Source: Cirrosporium novae-zelandiae
Taxonomy: Eukaryota
Direction of reading: 5' to 3'
Length of the DNA stretch: 64,000 nucleotides
Assembly (NCBI GenBank): GCA_026023565.1
Contig: JAPETS010000013.1
Location: 1-64,000, forward strand
Shown: positions 35,779-48,800 of the stretch, in pieces
How the letters are laid out: every line of letters starts with the position of its first letter
How positions within the stretch are numbered: position 1 is the stretch's first letter
Notes under the pieces: generated by a model
Database searches by the model: none
What the model saw: only the letters and a program-made list of their open reading frames with translations
Told to the model about the DNA's origin: nothing
Translations under genes and position numbers: made by a program

Positions 35779-37094
35779 AATTTTCTGGTTACACGAGGCG
35801 TCTAGGTTGACCCGATCACATTCATCCCCTCTTCGACTGCTCATTCATCCTGCGGTGGGCTACAACCATCTAAAGCTTTGTCCTTCCTTACGTTCCAAAT
35901 TGATATGATGTGTACGTGTGCCGTTTGGATAGTCGAACTATGCGGAAATGAGGAGTTTTTTTTATTTGTTATCCGGAGGAACTGATATCTAACAATGGGA
36001 ACATTGGAGAAAGGGCTCTCTAGCTCTACTCCATATGTTAGGTTTCTAGGGTCGTTTTTATAGTATATTATAGCCTTTCTTTTATCAATGGCATTCGTTC
36101 ATCAATCAGTGGATTTTCAGATGATTTTTTTCTTGTAGTTTCTTGCAAGGCAAGAAGCAACGGCGTAGGGTATGTAAACTTTGCCAGCAGACGGTGATGA
36201 TATACAAGGCCAATAGTCTAGACGTAATATTCCAATTAAACCATCTTAGCCTTGGTTATCAGCACGGTCGGTTAGTGAATTTTCGTTTTATATTTAAGAG
36301 TAAAGAGGATACTACCTATGAAGAATTACTAGAAGCGAAAATATCTTCCAAGTTAATCGATCTTAGCTTACGATCAGGGTCTCAAAGGCTTATTATATAT
36401 TATCAGAACATAGGAACATAGGATGAAGGAATGTTTTATATTTTAAATATTATACATTATAGTACATAGATATATCTATCTAGGCGGGTTGTTCGGTGTA
36501 CTGTAGGAGTAATACGTCGGCGTAAGTCAGTCATAAATAAAAGTATTTGGATGGAAATGTGACTTGATCATTGACAACACAATACAGTATAAATACATAA
36601 ATCAATAAACAAACAGCCTCGGCGACCTACCTACCTATTCGTTCGTTCGTTCGATTTATGGGTACGTATGTATATATGTATGTATGCTGGGGTTTAAAGA
36701 CTAATAAGACTAAGACTCAGGAAAGGTAGATATGGGGTTATGACGCAACTACTGTAGGTGATATCTATGGCTAAATACTAGACTAGGTAGATTAGGCATC
36801 TGTTTAAGTTAATTAGCGGATACCTATAGACTAATTACTGTGGTATCCTTTGGGCTTATAATTAGTAGATGGTAAGAGTGTTTTGTTGGCTTTGCCTCTA
36901 ACTTCCGATTGGGGGGGGAATGATTAATGATTAATCGTATGGTATAAATAAACAGTATACTTTTTTTTTAATTTCCTCCTGCAAGTAGGGACGGATGGAG
37001 TAAGTGCCTAGTTAACATACATAAGAGTCGCTAGAAATTAGAACAAGGGAATGATGGGGAAAAATTATATAAAATGCTTGCAACTTCTTTGCGT

Positions 37095-37120
37095 TGTGTG
37101 TGTGTGTGTGTGTGTGTGTG
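37095..37120. repeat. (TG)n microsatellite in the SPT6 3' region
   Basis: About 13 consecutive TG units. Confidence 0.9.
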
Positions 37121-37324
37121 ACAAGGTGATTCAAAAATATGAATGATATGAAGTTGTGGTCCCGTCCAAAAAACTCCCACTTCCCCCCCACCTCCAAGTT
37201 TCACTCCATTTGCCCCTTACAAAGCAGTCTTTATCCCATCTTCCCCTTTTAAACACGAATGCAGAATCCCTTATCGAGCTATCCGTTTAAGAAGAAAAAT
37301 CCCTCTAATTGTCCCTATTTGTCT

Positions 37325-40300
37325 CTACCGTCTCCCAACTCCGGGTCCGCCTCCACCTCTCCTCATCGACTCCCACAACTTCTTAAACCCGTTGCACAAG
37401 CTAACCATATCCGGATATTGATTACGCACGAGGTCGAAGGCACCAGGGATCACTCGCACGTTCCAGCTCTGTAGGTGTGCATGCTGCCCCGCTTTGAAGC
37501 ATAGGTAGAAGTAGCCAGGATGCTTTGGGTCCAGGCAGAAGGCGTAGTTGGCTCGTTTGGGATTTGCTTCCGTGTACGTTGTTAACCAGCGTTCTGTTTA
37601 TTGTAATGGTTAGTAGCCTGTTGAGGAAAATATGGTTTTGTCTGGAAGGGAAAAATAGCATACCAGTATCACTCTTGCTCCCCTTTTGGAACTTCTCATG
37701 CCCACACATCTCATCCACCTTCCTCGCCATCGCTCGAACGTGATTCGCAATCAATTCGTCCAAATCACTGTACGTCCATTTGCCTGCAACCTTCAAAGTT
37801 TTGCCGACGCTGAAAGGGTTCTCCTTATCCAGTTCCAGTACATCAATGTGTTGGTATATCCCATCTGCAACTTTCCAGCTCACACAGAGGTGATCTGTTC
37901 CCTTTGACGATGGACGGATCACGCAATCGCCGCGACCCTGACTCCCCAAATATTCTTCAGCTTGTGTAAATGAAAATGGTTTGAAGAGAGGATGCTTGAT
38001 GACACGTTGTGTGCGGCCTGAGACATCCGCTTTGGATTCTGAGTGTTTCTTGTCTTCCATTTCTTGGGTTTCGTCCCATTCTCCCCTGGGTCTCCCAATT
38101 TGTCTACGCCACGGTCGGCGGAGAACATCTTCACGGAGGGAGACATTTGCTAAAAGACCCTTCACATTCAGACTCATGATTTTTGCTTGTACAGTTTGGT
38201 GTACTGCGTACAGTTGGCGGGGGGAGATATCAAGACGGTCAGTTAGCTCTGTTTCAGAAACGATGGCGTCAATACCACAGTCGAGTTTTGCATCGATGTG
38301 GTCGTCGCTTACACGCTTTATTGAGATTGGGACAATCATGCCTTCCTGTAGAGATTCACGGGTCTCGCCTGTGAGCATGGTGAAAACATCCTCTGAAGAT
38401 AGGGAACGGAATGGTTTTCGAAGTTCCTCATAAGGGGAGATAAGTTCTTCACGAATGGTTTCTAACGTTGCGCGTTTTCGTTGCATAAACGTCTTTTCAA
38501 GTTGTTCGGCGTATTCCTCAAGCACCAAGTCATTGACTTTATCTTGGGCATCTTCTTTGATCAGCTTGCGAACTACAGCAGAAGGTCCATTTTCGTCTTG
38601 CTCGGCCTTGACATCTTCCTCATCGAGTTCAAGAGCATCGGCTGCAATTTTACGAGCAAGCTCATAATCTTCTGGGTGGACACGAGTCGAATCAAGGTAA
38701 TCAGAGTCATCAGACATATTGTTGTAGTCGATAATGAAGAAGGAAGCACAGTTGATCAAAACTTTCTCTCCCACGGCAGCTAATTTTCCCTCTTCAGGGT
38801 CACCCGCAAGATCACCGCGAGAGCTGATGCTGCCGCCGTTGATATTGATCGTTTTCAGAAGTTGCGTAGCTTTACGTTGACCGAGACCACAGACGTAGGG
38901 GAGGAGGTTGGCAACAGAGGGTTGGGAAAGGGCGTCGTTGATATTAACGCCAGTAAGGTTAACCATGTCGACAAGGGCGGTTTCGAGGGATTTCATGAGT
39001 TTTTCTTGAGGGAGGAAGTTCTGGTTAGGATCAAAGGAGATAGAGATAATATCTCTGCCTAAAGCAGCGTATTCCTTAAGAGGGCTCTGCATATATCGGC
39101 CAAGGCCAACGCAGTAGTGTGTTAGAGGGGCAAACCCTGGATGCTCCATTTGAGCCCTCTCACTGTTCTGATAAAGACGAGCAACTTCATCATTAACAAT
39201 AAGAACATCCACCTGCTCAGAAATTGGACCACCGTCATCATTGTTATTTTCCGGTCCATGTAGGTTCTTGACTTCGACAAGCTCTGATACATTCTTGTAT
39301 AGTCGACGAGTTTCAGGGGAGAAGCCAGAAATACCAATGACATCTGGTCTGCGACGCTCGATCAGATCAACGAAAGCATCTACATCAGCCCCATCTCTGA
39401 TGCCTCGCTCCGGATCTCCAACAGCAAGATCTGTAAATTTGCCATTCTCAAGAACACGCCCGTCTTCGTCAACCCAAGCCCAGCAAATGGCGTCCCGTCC
39501 CGAGTTCCCATGACCGTTCGACATGGCAAGAACTCTTGGTTCAGTCCCAGCAAGCCATCCCTTGGGTTTGAATGGCATTTGGTCCAACCTATTAGTAAAC
39601 TCATTCCTGCAACTCTTAGCTACATGCGTCTCACATTCATTTCTCAGGTTTTCCCTGACACCTCGGGCTAGAATCTTATCAAGCTTTCCTAGGGCCACAT
39701 CCAGTACATCTCGTCTTTCTTTGTTCCATGCATCTGCAATCTCGCTAAGGTTGTCGGATTCAAGGTCTGTATATAAATGTTGTTTGATTTGATCCAGGCC
39801 TTGAAGTTTGAGTTTGATCTCGATGAGACCCTCTTCCTCTGCCTTTAGCATTCGAAGAAAGCGGCCAGGATATCGTGCGATATCCTGCATTTGCTGATTG
39901 CGGAGATACTTGAATTCATAATAAGGATGCTGCTCATCAATTTTGCGTAATCCTTTCTCGGTCCTAAAGACGTCAAACGCTCCATTCATGTAATAATAAG
40001 TTCGCATGACTTTTCGGAATTTCGGACTCATTGTCAATTCTTCAGCAAACATGGTCTTGGCTGCTCGGAACGCCTGACTTCCCGTTGAAATTTCAGTGCC
40101 ATCCAGAATATCCTCTTTGTCAGCCATGTCGTCGGGGCGTTCATTGGGGTCCTCTGTGTAATGCTTTCGTGCATCTCGTGCGGAAGTTTGACTGAAACGA
40201 CGCGAAGCATTTTGAGCAAAAGCATCTGCAGTAATACCAAAGGCCCGAACAAGATTGTAAACCTTGCCGTTTCGAATCCGTTCAAAAATCGACTTTTGAG

Positions 40301-41766
40301 CTCCCGGTCTTCGCTGGCTGTTGGCATTCTCGGTACTATTTACCAAAGCAAGATCCCGTAGCTGTGAGGAGTATTGAAAGTGAAGATAATCTTGAATATC
40401 CGAAAGCTCTTCCATAGCATTAGCTTGAGGAAGCATATCCTCAAATATCTCATCATTCACATTGGTGATACTCTTCAAATTGTCATAGGTTCTCTGTAAG
40501 GAGTTTCTCTTCTCGATCAAAGCCCGGTACTTTAGGTCCAGTTCAAATATATCCCATAGGTCGCCGGGTTCGAATAGTTTGATAGGGCGGTCGGGGTCTT
40601 CAGGCAACGTGTGAATCAAGTAGTCCTTTCGGTGATACATGATGAATGGGATTTCCACATTGTCAACGGTCAAAAATTCCAGAATCTTTCCCACTGAGAA
40701 CCAAAAAGGTTCTTTCAACTCTGGATCATGTTGCTTCTTCGGCCATAATAGATTACCAACCCAGTCAATCTCATCTTTCCGTTGGTCTTCGGTAAGTTCG
40801 AGACCTTCATATGGCTTACGTGCAATCTGAAAACGTTCAGGAACATCGGTATTGCGAATAACGTTGTCTTCTTCCGTCAACATTTTCTCCGCAAGTTGGG
40901 ATGGTTCGAAAACATCCTTCAGCTCGATGGGTTTCTCTGGATCGTGCTCCATCTCCTCTTCTTGTTCTTCAAGGCTCAAAGCCCAGTCGTATTCTGTACC
41001 ATCCCCAAATGCCAATCTCATATCTTCCATGGCTTGTTCGTCTAAGCCGGCTAAATCCGATGGCCCAACACCAGCAAATCCCTTTTTAGCTGGCCTTGCG
41101 ACTTCAGCATCATCTAACTGTTGAGCCCCACCCTCATTGGAAAACTCGTCTTCTTCGATAAAGTCGTCAAACTCATCAAACTCTCCTCGGCGCCCTTTTG
41201 TTGGGATATCGTCTTCTTCTTCGGAATCGAATATATCGTCGATACCGCGGCCGCCACGGCTTTCCCGATCTTCTCGGTGACCGCGCTTCAATCGCTTCAA
41301 CTTGGGCTATCAATGTAGTGTAAGTAAGAGCATATTTTATTGACCAATATTCCTACCTCGGTGGGTGCTCGTCTCTCGAGCTCTGGATGTGCCTCTCCAA
41401 TCAGGTCCAAATCTTCTTCATCCAGACCTTCTTCTTCGCGTTCTTCGCGCCGTCGTTTTCTTCTTTCGCGCTTTCTTGCCTCTCTTTCTTCGTCATCTTC
41501 GTCTTCGTCTACAATGAAGCCTTCGCGGACCTTGAGAGCACCAGCATGTTAGTTTGCTACATCGAATAAAATGTTTCCAGATGTACCTCTCGCTCAGCTT
41601 CTTCGTCGTCATCATCATCTTCTTCTTCACTTGAGTCCTCAAATCGAGCCTTTGCACCCTTGGGTTTGGGCTTTGGTTTATGCTCTCCCGTTTCTTCGTC
41701 AAATGAATCCTCGTTTTCGTCATCGTCAAGCTCAGCTTCACCTTCAATTAAAGAGTTAGGATCCAT
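37325..41766 (-). CDS. SPT6: Transcription elongation factor and histone chaperone Spt6, 4 exons
   Basis: Acidic N-terminus, [17 protein letters not shown], YqgF/HhH region ([13 protein letters not shown]), [12 protein letters not shown]1 and tandem SH2 ([15 protein letters not shown]); introns 41531-41586, 41307-41356, 37594-37663; stop at 37325-37327. Confidence 0.96.
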
Positions 41767-42229
41767 AGTGAAGCGCGATGATTTCCCGATAGTAAATTTG
41801 AGGTCAGGAGGTGAAAGAAGGTAAAAGTGGATTGAAGAACAAAATCGCAATAGAAGTCTTGAAGATGTAAACTCAAGCTGGTAATGAAAAAGCGCGCTAG
41901 GCGGTTTAATGTTCCCTTGTGGCAATCAAGGGAGCTCCGACTTTACGGGCGTCGGCCGTGACGGGGAACCCAAAGTACCTACCGTACCTACTGTAGTTAC
42001 TTATAGCCTCAGGCACTAATGTTAATACTGATAGATATTCTATATTTTGTCGAGGAGACAGGATAAAAAAATTAGAATTCTAATACTTAATCCCAATTGA
42101 TAATCTAAATGGCCTGTTCATTAATGACCTTGATGTAAAGCTGTGCCAGTCTACATAGCTTGGCCAAATATTTTCAAAGCCTGCAAGGTTCATAGCTCCC
42201 ACTTCCCCCTCTATTCAAATATTTTCAAA

Positions 42230-43351
42230 ATGGCCATCACAATTCTTCCCCCCACACCTGCTATACAAGATCAAGCTCCTTATCATTATGAAGATGTCGA
42301 CTCTGAAGGCGATACCGCCATGGGTGGAGACCCGATATATTATAGTAACTTGGCTGGGAGCTCTAACATTGTTACCCCCGGAGAAGTCGTGACTACTGAT
42401 CCACAATGGATGAGGTTGGTATCCTTTTCTAGATCCACATTGATGCTAAAAGGCTGATCGCATATTCTCTACAGAGGTCACGGCACCTACACCATCCCCC
42501 CATCTGCTACGATCCTCGCTACCGTCGCCGGGACTGTCCTCAAAACTAACAAACTCCTCTCCGTCCTCCCCATCCGCGCCCGTTACACTCCTGAAATCGG
42601 TGACTTGGTCGTCGGCCGCATTGTCGAAGTACAATCCAAGCGATGGAAAGTCGACATTGCTGCCCCTCTTCTTGCTCAATTACCTCTCTCTGCAATCAAT
42701 CTCCCTGGTGGCATCCTTAGAAAAAGAACCACAACTGATGAATTACGGATCCGAAGTTTTTTTGAGGAGGGAGACTTGCTTGTTGCAGAGGTACAAAGCT
42801 TGTACCAAGATGGGAGTGCGAGTTTACATACCCGAAGCTTGAAGTACGGCAAGCTACGGAACGGGGTCTTCCTTACAGTTACAGGAACCGGAGGTAATGG
42901 TGGAGGTGTTGTACGTGCTCGTCGCCAGGTCTGGACTTTGAATACTGCACATGGAGGCGGTGATGTGGATATAATTCTCGGTGTTAATGGATATATCTGG
43001 ATATCTGCTCACGCAGTTACAAATTCAGAGATGCCGAGCACGCCTGGCACGCCTTCTATTACGCGATTAGAGGATAGCTTGACAAATACAGTATATTCGA
43101 GTCAGAACGATGATATTGCGCCTGCGACGAGGAGAGAGATTGCAAGATTATCGGGCTGTGTAAGGGCGTTGGTCGAAAATGGGGTTAGGGTTGATGAGGA
43201 GATGGTTATAAAAGCTTACGAAGCTGCAGTTGAAGTGGAGGCGCAAGAGAGGATGGAAAAGGAGAGAGGACATGGACAAACTGAAGGGGTCTTTTTGGGT
43301 GGCGAAAGGGGTAAGAGGGTCGTGGAGTTTGCTGTGGGAGGAATTGTCTGA
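42230..43351 (+). CDS. RRP4: Exosome complex cap subunit Rrp4, 2 exons
   Basis: [20 protein letters not shown] across intron 42415-42474; [38 protein letters not shown]. Confidence 0.95.
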
Positions 43352-43674
43352 TACACTTTGTAAAATGCCCAAAAACATAAATAAAATACCCAATGATGAG
43401 ATGGAGAATAGAGAGGCTACAAGACTTTCAGTATGGTCTTTGGAGAGTAATTAATCCCCCTATGTCACTGACTTTGCCATAAGCACAATATCTCCTATTG
43501 GGGAAGTCCTTTCCCTGACAATACCGAGGATTAACTATTTTTTAAACTAAATAATAGAGACTCTCTTAAGGTCATGCCATTCTTGGAATATCAATACATA
43601 TCATGGTCCGGTCACAAAGCCCTATCCAGATATTCTTCCAAGAACTATCTTTCCCCTTTTCCGCAAGACCTATC

Positions 43675-44758
43675 CTAACCCTCCAACAACTCTATAATCT
43701 GTGCAGCCGTGGCATTATGCATAGGATAGGTGGGATGTAGATTATTAAGCCAAAAATACTCATTTACCGGAATCCCACAAGCCGCATCATAACTATCCCA
43801 TTCATCTGTTCCATCTTCATATGCTGTACAATAATCTGTTGTGTTTTTATAAAGTTCCGTTTGGGGATATGACGTGGGATCATCGAGGACTTGTGTAAAT
43901 ATCTCGTGGGTATTGAAAAGGAAGACGGTTGCGTCCAGGTGCGTCTTCTCTAAACTCGACGTGAGGTTTGTTATTTTTGCGTTGAAATCTGCAATGTCGG
44001 CTGCTTCGATTGTTTGTGCAGATGTTCCTTGAGCAATTGTGAGTGGAGAGCGGTCCACGGGTGGAACGTTAAGGAAAAGGAAATTTCGTGCTCCGGCTTC
44101 GTAGAGTTCGTCGACAAGATGGCTGTAGGCTTCAAAGATAAGGCCGTTGAGGGTAGAATTTTGCGATGAATATGAATTTCCGACGTCGTTAATTCCAATG
44201 AATATTGAGAAGAGACTGTTTGAGGCTGTCCAGTTCACACTTGTGGAATTGGTGTAGTATACCAAGAATTCGTCATCGACCTGTTGTTCAAGATCCAGGA
44301 CCGTTGGAAGATATTGTGCAACAAGGGAGGAATCGACAGTGGCACCTCCATATGCAAAATTGTAGGTCTGAACATAGGATTTGTTATATGTGGTTGTAAG
44401 GAAGTCGACCCAATTAGGGCCATTGGATGAAGTGTAGCCTGGGTAATCGGGGTTGCCTAATGGGTTTGAAGGATTAGGTTGCGTTCCTGTGACGTTGAAA
44501 TCAGTGGTGGTGTAAGAGTCGCCACTAAGATCAAGTCAGTATTTAGATCTTGTTAGATGTGAACCTTGAAACCTGATTGACTTAAAGGCCTTACGGCACC
44601 ATCTTTTTAGTCACGGTAGACTCTTACAATGTAAAAAAGTAATTAATATCCTCCCAGGAACTCCAATATTTCTGACTTCGTTTGTCATGAGTGGTTAGCA
44701 CTGCCGCTGCTCTATCGAAGATCAAAGCTGAACATAGAAGAAGGGGAAGATAAGCCAT
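43675..44758 (-). CDS. Secreted SGNH/GDSL hydrolase, carbohydrate esterase family 16-like acetylesterase, 2 exons
   Basis: Hydrophobic signal-like N-terminus; FTFGDSY across intron 44525-44627; NGPNW, NFAYGGATV, FIGIND, GARNFLFLNVPP, WLNNLHPT. Confidence 0.88.
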
Positions 44759-45806
44759 ATCGATAGAATATGTCAAGCTGTATTAAACAGTCTTTCTGGC
44801 TTTAGTAGTAGCAAATAAACACAATTAAGATGGACATGATCAAAACAAGTGACCCTCAAATGAGGATATCCATGAATAAATACATTTTGAAGTCAGACGG
44901 TGAAACATGGGAAGTCGATCTCAAGGATTGACCATGATCCAAGGTTAGTGAGAGAAATGACTTCAATGCATCCAATAAGGTGATAGACCCATGGTTAAAT
45001 ATATAGGAATTGGTGACAAAGATGATCTCGGTTATAAGTCTCCGCATTCAAAGTGGTTGGTGTGAATGCCAATGGGCTAATATTCCAGATGTTCAGCTAT
45101 TCTAAAAATGTTCCAGCTGAGAGAGGATGCAACTAATGCCCAAATCAAGATGCTTGCAATTGCATCTCCACTTTCCTGTGTTGCAGATTCTTACAGAAGG
45201 AAAGCTGAACGAATCGTAGAGACGTTTCGGTTTCAAGTTTATCAAGTGAACAAACAAAGCAAACATTGTGCAGTTGGATCACAGCCTCGCCTTCCATAAT
45301 TACCATTTTACTTAATGAATAGTATGACATGTAGTTGAAGTTAATTAATATAGATTAGGTAGCTACAGGAGGTGTTTAGCATATTTAGATAAATAAATAG
45401 AACCCAGGTTCAGATTGCCATTTCTGTCCTCGGTATCCATAGAACGTGTATGTCCAATAGATGAAAAGAAAGAAATATAAACATTTATTGAAAGTATGGA
45501 CATACAAAGGTTAGTAGAAAAAAAGGAAGCAAGAGAGTTACTTGACTCCAGAAAACACCAGGCATGCATCTATGTCCTTCTTTCCCTCTGTCGGGTATGA
45601 ATTCCAGCCATGGATAGATAAAACAAAGGTTGAATATTGTTTGGAATCGAATTGAATTAAAAGGAATACCCAACCAAACAACATAAAAAAGGTTACCTCT
45701 GATAAATTTACAACGAAAGCCCATAGAACAAGATTGCCCATCGTAAAATAAACGCCAAACACCTTTAAGACAATTTGTGTATGTTGAAAGAAGCTGCCAA
45801 GAGTAA

Positions 45807-48800
45807 TCAATTGCTGTGAATCGTTAGCAACTTAAGTGGTAGATGGATGATTAATGCAGCACTTACTAAATCTCCAACGGAGCCATTCTATCCACTTGAT
45901 ATTTTTGGAGCCAATCTTCATCCGAAAGCCTTGAACAAGTCAGTACGAATCTATCAGGGATTGGGGTGATGCTAACCAGTGATAAGGGAATACGATTAAA
46001 TGGCCTTGGATCCTTTCGGCCAGTTGGTTTGCATCACGAAGATTGATCATCATCGACTCTGGTGTATTGAGGGAGGGCTTAGAACTCTTGGTTGTTGCTC
46101 TTCGTCGTCTGGTCTGAGATGTCGCTTCCGAGACCGGTCTTTGGGTTTCGGATACAGGAACAATAATCTTCAAGTGGTGAGGGTCAGGGGGCGGATCTGC
46201 CGATGTATGAGGTCGAACTGGTAATTGTTGCTTCTCACTCATTTCCTGGGAAGATTCATTCTTCTCCATTGAGCGGCGTTGGTCTTTGGAAAGTGGGCGG
46301 GTAACCTTTTCCATCAATGAATCTCCTTTCTCAGCAGGTGAACAAAGTCTCTCGCCGAGTGTTCCAGATAACCTTGCATCTGGCAACGTTGATCCTGTAC
46401 CAGGGGGACCACTCTTGCCAATACTCTGTGCCTCGGTTGATTCCTTACTCTTACTAACTCCCTGGGCTTTTGCAAGAAGATCGGTATAGGCCATCCAATT
46501 ATGGTATTGATCCCACCTTGTTACTTGATTATCTGGCTGACAGCGGAAAATGGTGCGATAAAGCTTTGTGTTATTCTCTGCGACTCTTCGCCAGATACCT
46601 TCAAAGAAATGAATGTCTAATGGATCTTTCATGGCATCTTTATGAATGTATGGGTTATCCGTGGTAGCAAGTAATGGATGTAAACCTGCATATGGATTTT
46701 GAGGACCACCTATGTCGCTATCATCAAGTGCGGGAAGTGGCGGTAGTTGCGAGGGAGGAAGATCAAGCTGCGAAGCAATAAGCGGAAAGGATGGAGGCGG
46801 AAGGCTAAAGTTGCCTTCGGAATTGGCACTCGTCGGAGATTTGAATGTCGGGTCGTTCTCAACTTGCGGAAAAGGTTCAGAAGCACCATCTCTTCCCATC
46901 TCAGCCATTTGGTCAAATCCCCTGCGTTCAGTATCAGCTCTAGAGGAATCCGTCTTAGAGTAATCCGAATCATATTCGTCACTTTGAAAGTCGTCTTCCT
47001 CGGCTTCTAGTTCTTCTTCATGAAGTGCGTCTACATCGAGGCCAAGATGCTCTCTCATCAAGCTCATGCGAAGTGTGTGAGGAAATCTGCCAACCTGGAA
47101 TGGCTTACCGCCCATCGTTGAAGGGAGCATATCGGTGTCATACACAAGCGCTGCACATTCCGAGTCGCGTGAACCAAGCTGAGAGCGTTCATTAATGTTC
47201 GCAGAGCCAATAATTGCCCATCGGTCATCAACAACCATGATTTTGGCATGAATGTAGAGTTGTTCTGTCACAAGTTGTTTTAATGGACCGATCCTACCCC
47301 AGTTTCGAAGACTGTAGAACTGGATATAGTTTTCCGGTATAATATTTACGGCCTTTAACTTTCCAAAGATAGAGGTCTCTCCTCTACAGATACTGCGATA
47401 CTGGCATTCCATGATCAGTCTGACGCTAGTGCCATCGGTATCATCCACCCTGTTCTGGAAGCCTGGTATGAGCGGTATCAATATGACAGCCTTCCAGTTC
47501 TCACCATTAGCTGCAGCTCTCTTGATTCGGTCTACCAAGGCTTGGCCAATTCCATTTTCAATCTTGTTACCATTCCACTCGGAGGTGGTGATGAAAAATT
47601 GGTTCTCAATGTAGACGAAATGTTGTGAGTTTTCGATCAGGTCAACATATGCATTCATAATGCTGTGCTCCGTCTTGTCACGAGTTCCAATGGACCAATC
47701 AGTACAGGACCGCAACATTTGCACAGTACAAGTACCATCAAGACCCAATTCTTCAACATCTCTAGGATCTAGGTCAGGGGCTGGGAGTAAGAAAGGAGTA
47801 GGTCGAGAAGGTTTCTTTTGATGGAGAAGGAAGTTCCATCGTTGCGTGAAATGTCTTGACAAATCTCTTGCTGGTTGTCCAATTACTTGCATATGAACGT
47901 CATGCCAAGGCATTCGAGGAATCTTGGATCGATCATACATCTCTTCATATGGCTTTTCGAGACTATAAAAGTCTTGCACCCGAGGATTAGAATAGTCCTT
48001 CCCAGGCCAGAGTTGAACATGATCCGAGTCCCTGGGTGAAGTTGCGTTTTCAAATCCGGTCAGTTTGTCATCAACAACATCGTGATGAGGTGAATCCCAA
48101 CGACCAAAGCATAGATCAATGCCGCCAACAAATGCTACCATATGATCTATGAGAACTAGCTTTTCATGATGAGCCCAGAAAAATTGGTTTTGGCGAAATT
48201 GTTGAGGAGATCGCTGAACGTAGACGTTTGGAGACAGCTCGAGTAAAGCGGCCTTAGAATAGTCCGAATCGATTGGGATGGCATTTTGAACGTTCCGGTA
48301 CATGATGATGAAGATCTTGACACCCTCATCCGCCTTTCGTTTGAGAAGTCTGTCTAATCTCCATTTATGGCTGATAGCGGGCGGCCTCTGGAGGTATATT
48401 TCTGGGCTTAACCACCAATCATGAATATAAATGACTTCCCTGGCCTGGGCGATGGAACGCGATACAACCCAAAAGTAGTCTCGTCCATCTACAAGCCATT
48501 GGCACCTTACGTTGTCCCTCGGGGGAGCGAAGCTATCATACCTGTTCTTTAGTTGCCATGGAGTGTGTTCCATCATATACCGAATAGAATTCTCAAACTG
48601 TTCAATCAAATGTTCAGACTTGGCCAGGAGGCGAAGCTTCCTTTCAGAATTTTCAATTTTCAAGACATGTTGTGGGGTTGATGAGTCCTTTGCTACCACC
48701 GCTAGATCTTTAGCACTTGCCGTGTCTCGTAGTCGCTGTTTCGCTTGAAGTTTGAAGTCACAGTCCACAAGAATTACATCGTAAATGTCCATGCTTTCTG

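Noticed and set aside
36143..36421. 92-aa ORF in the AT-rich gap between NBR1 and SPT6 as a transposon relic
   Set aside because: TTG start, no recognisable motif, terminal repeat or target duplication.
43735..43752. NNLHP instead of DxxH in the SGNH esterase as a sign of inactivation
   Set aside because: To my knowledge CE16-type acetylesterases often lack this Asp and use a Ser-His dyad; the GDS serine and the His are intact.
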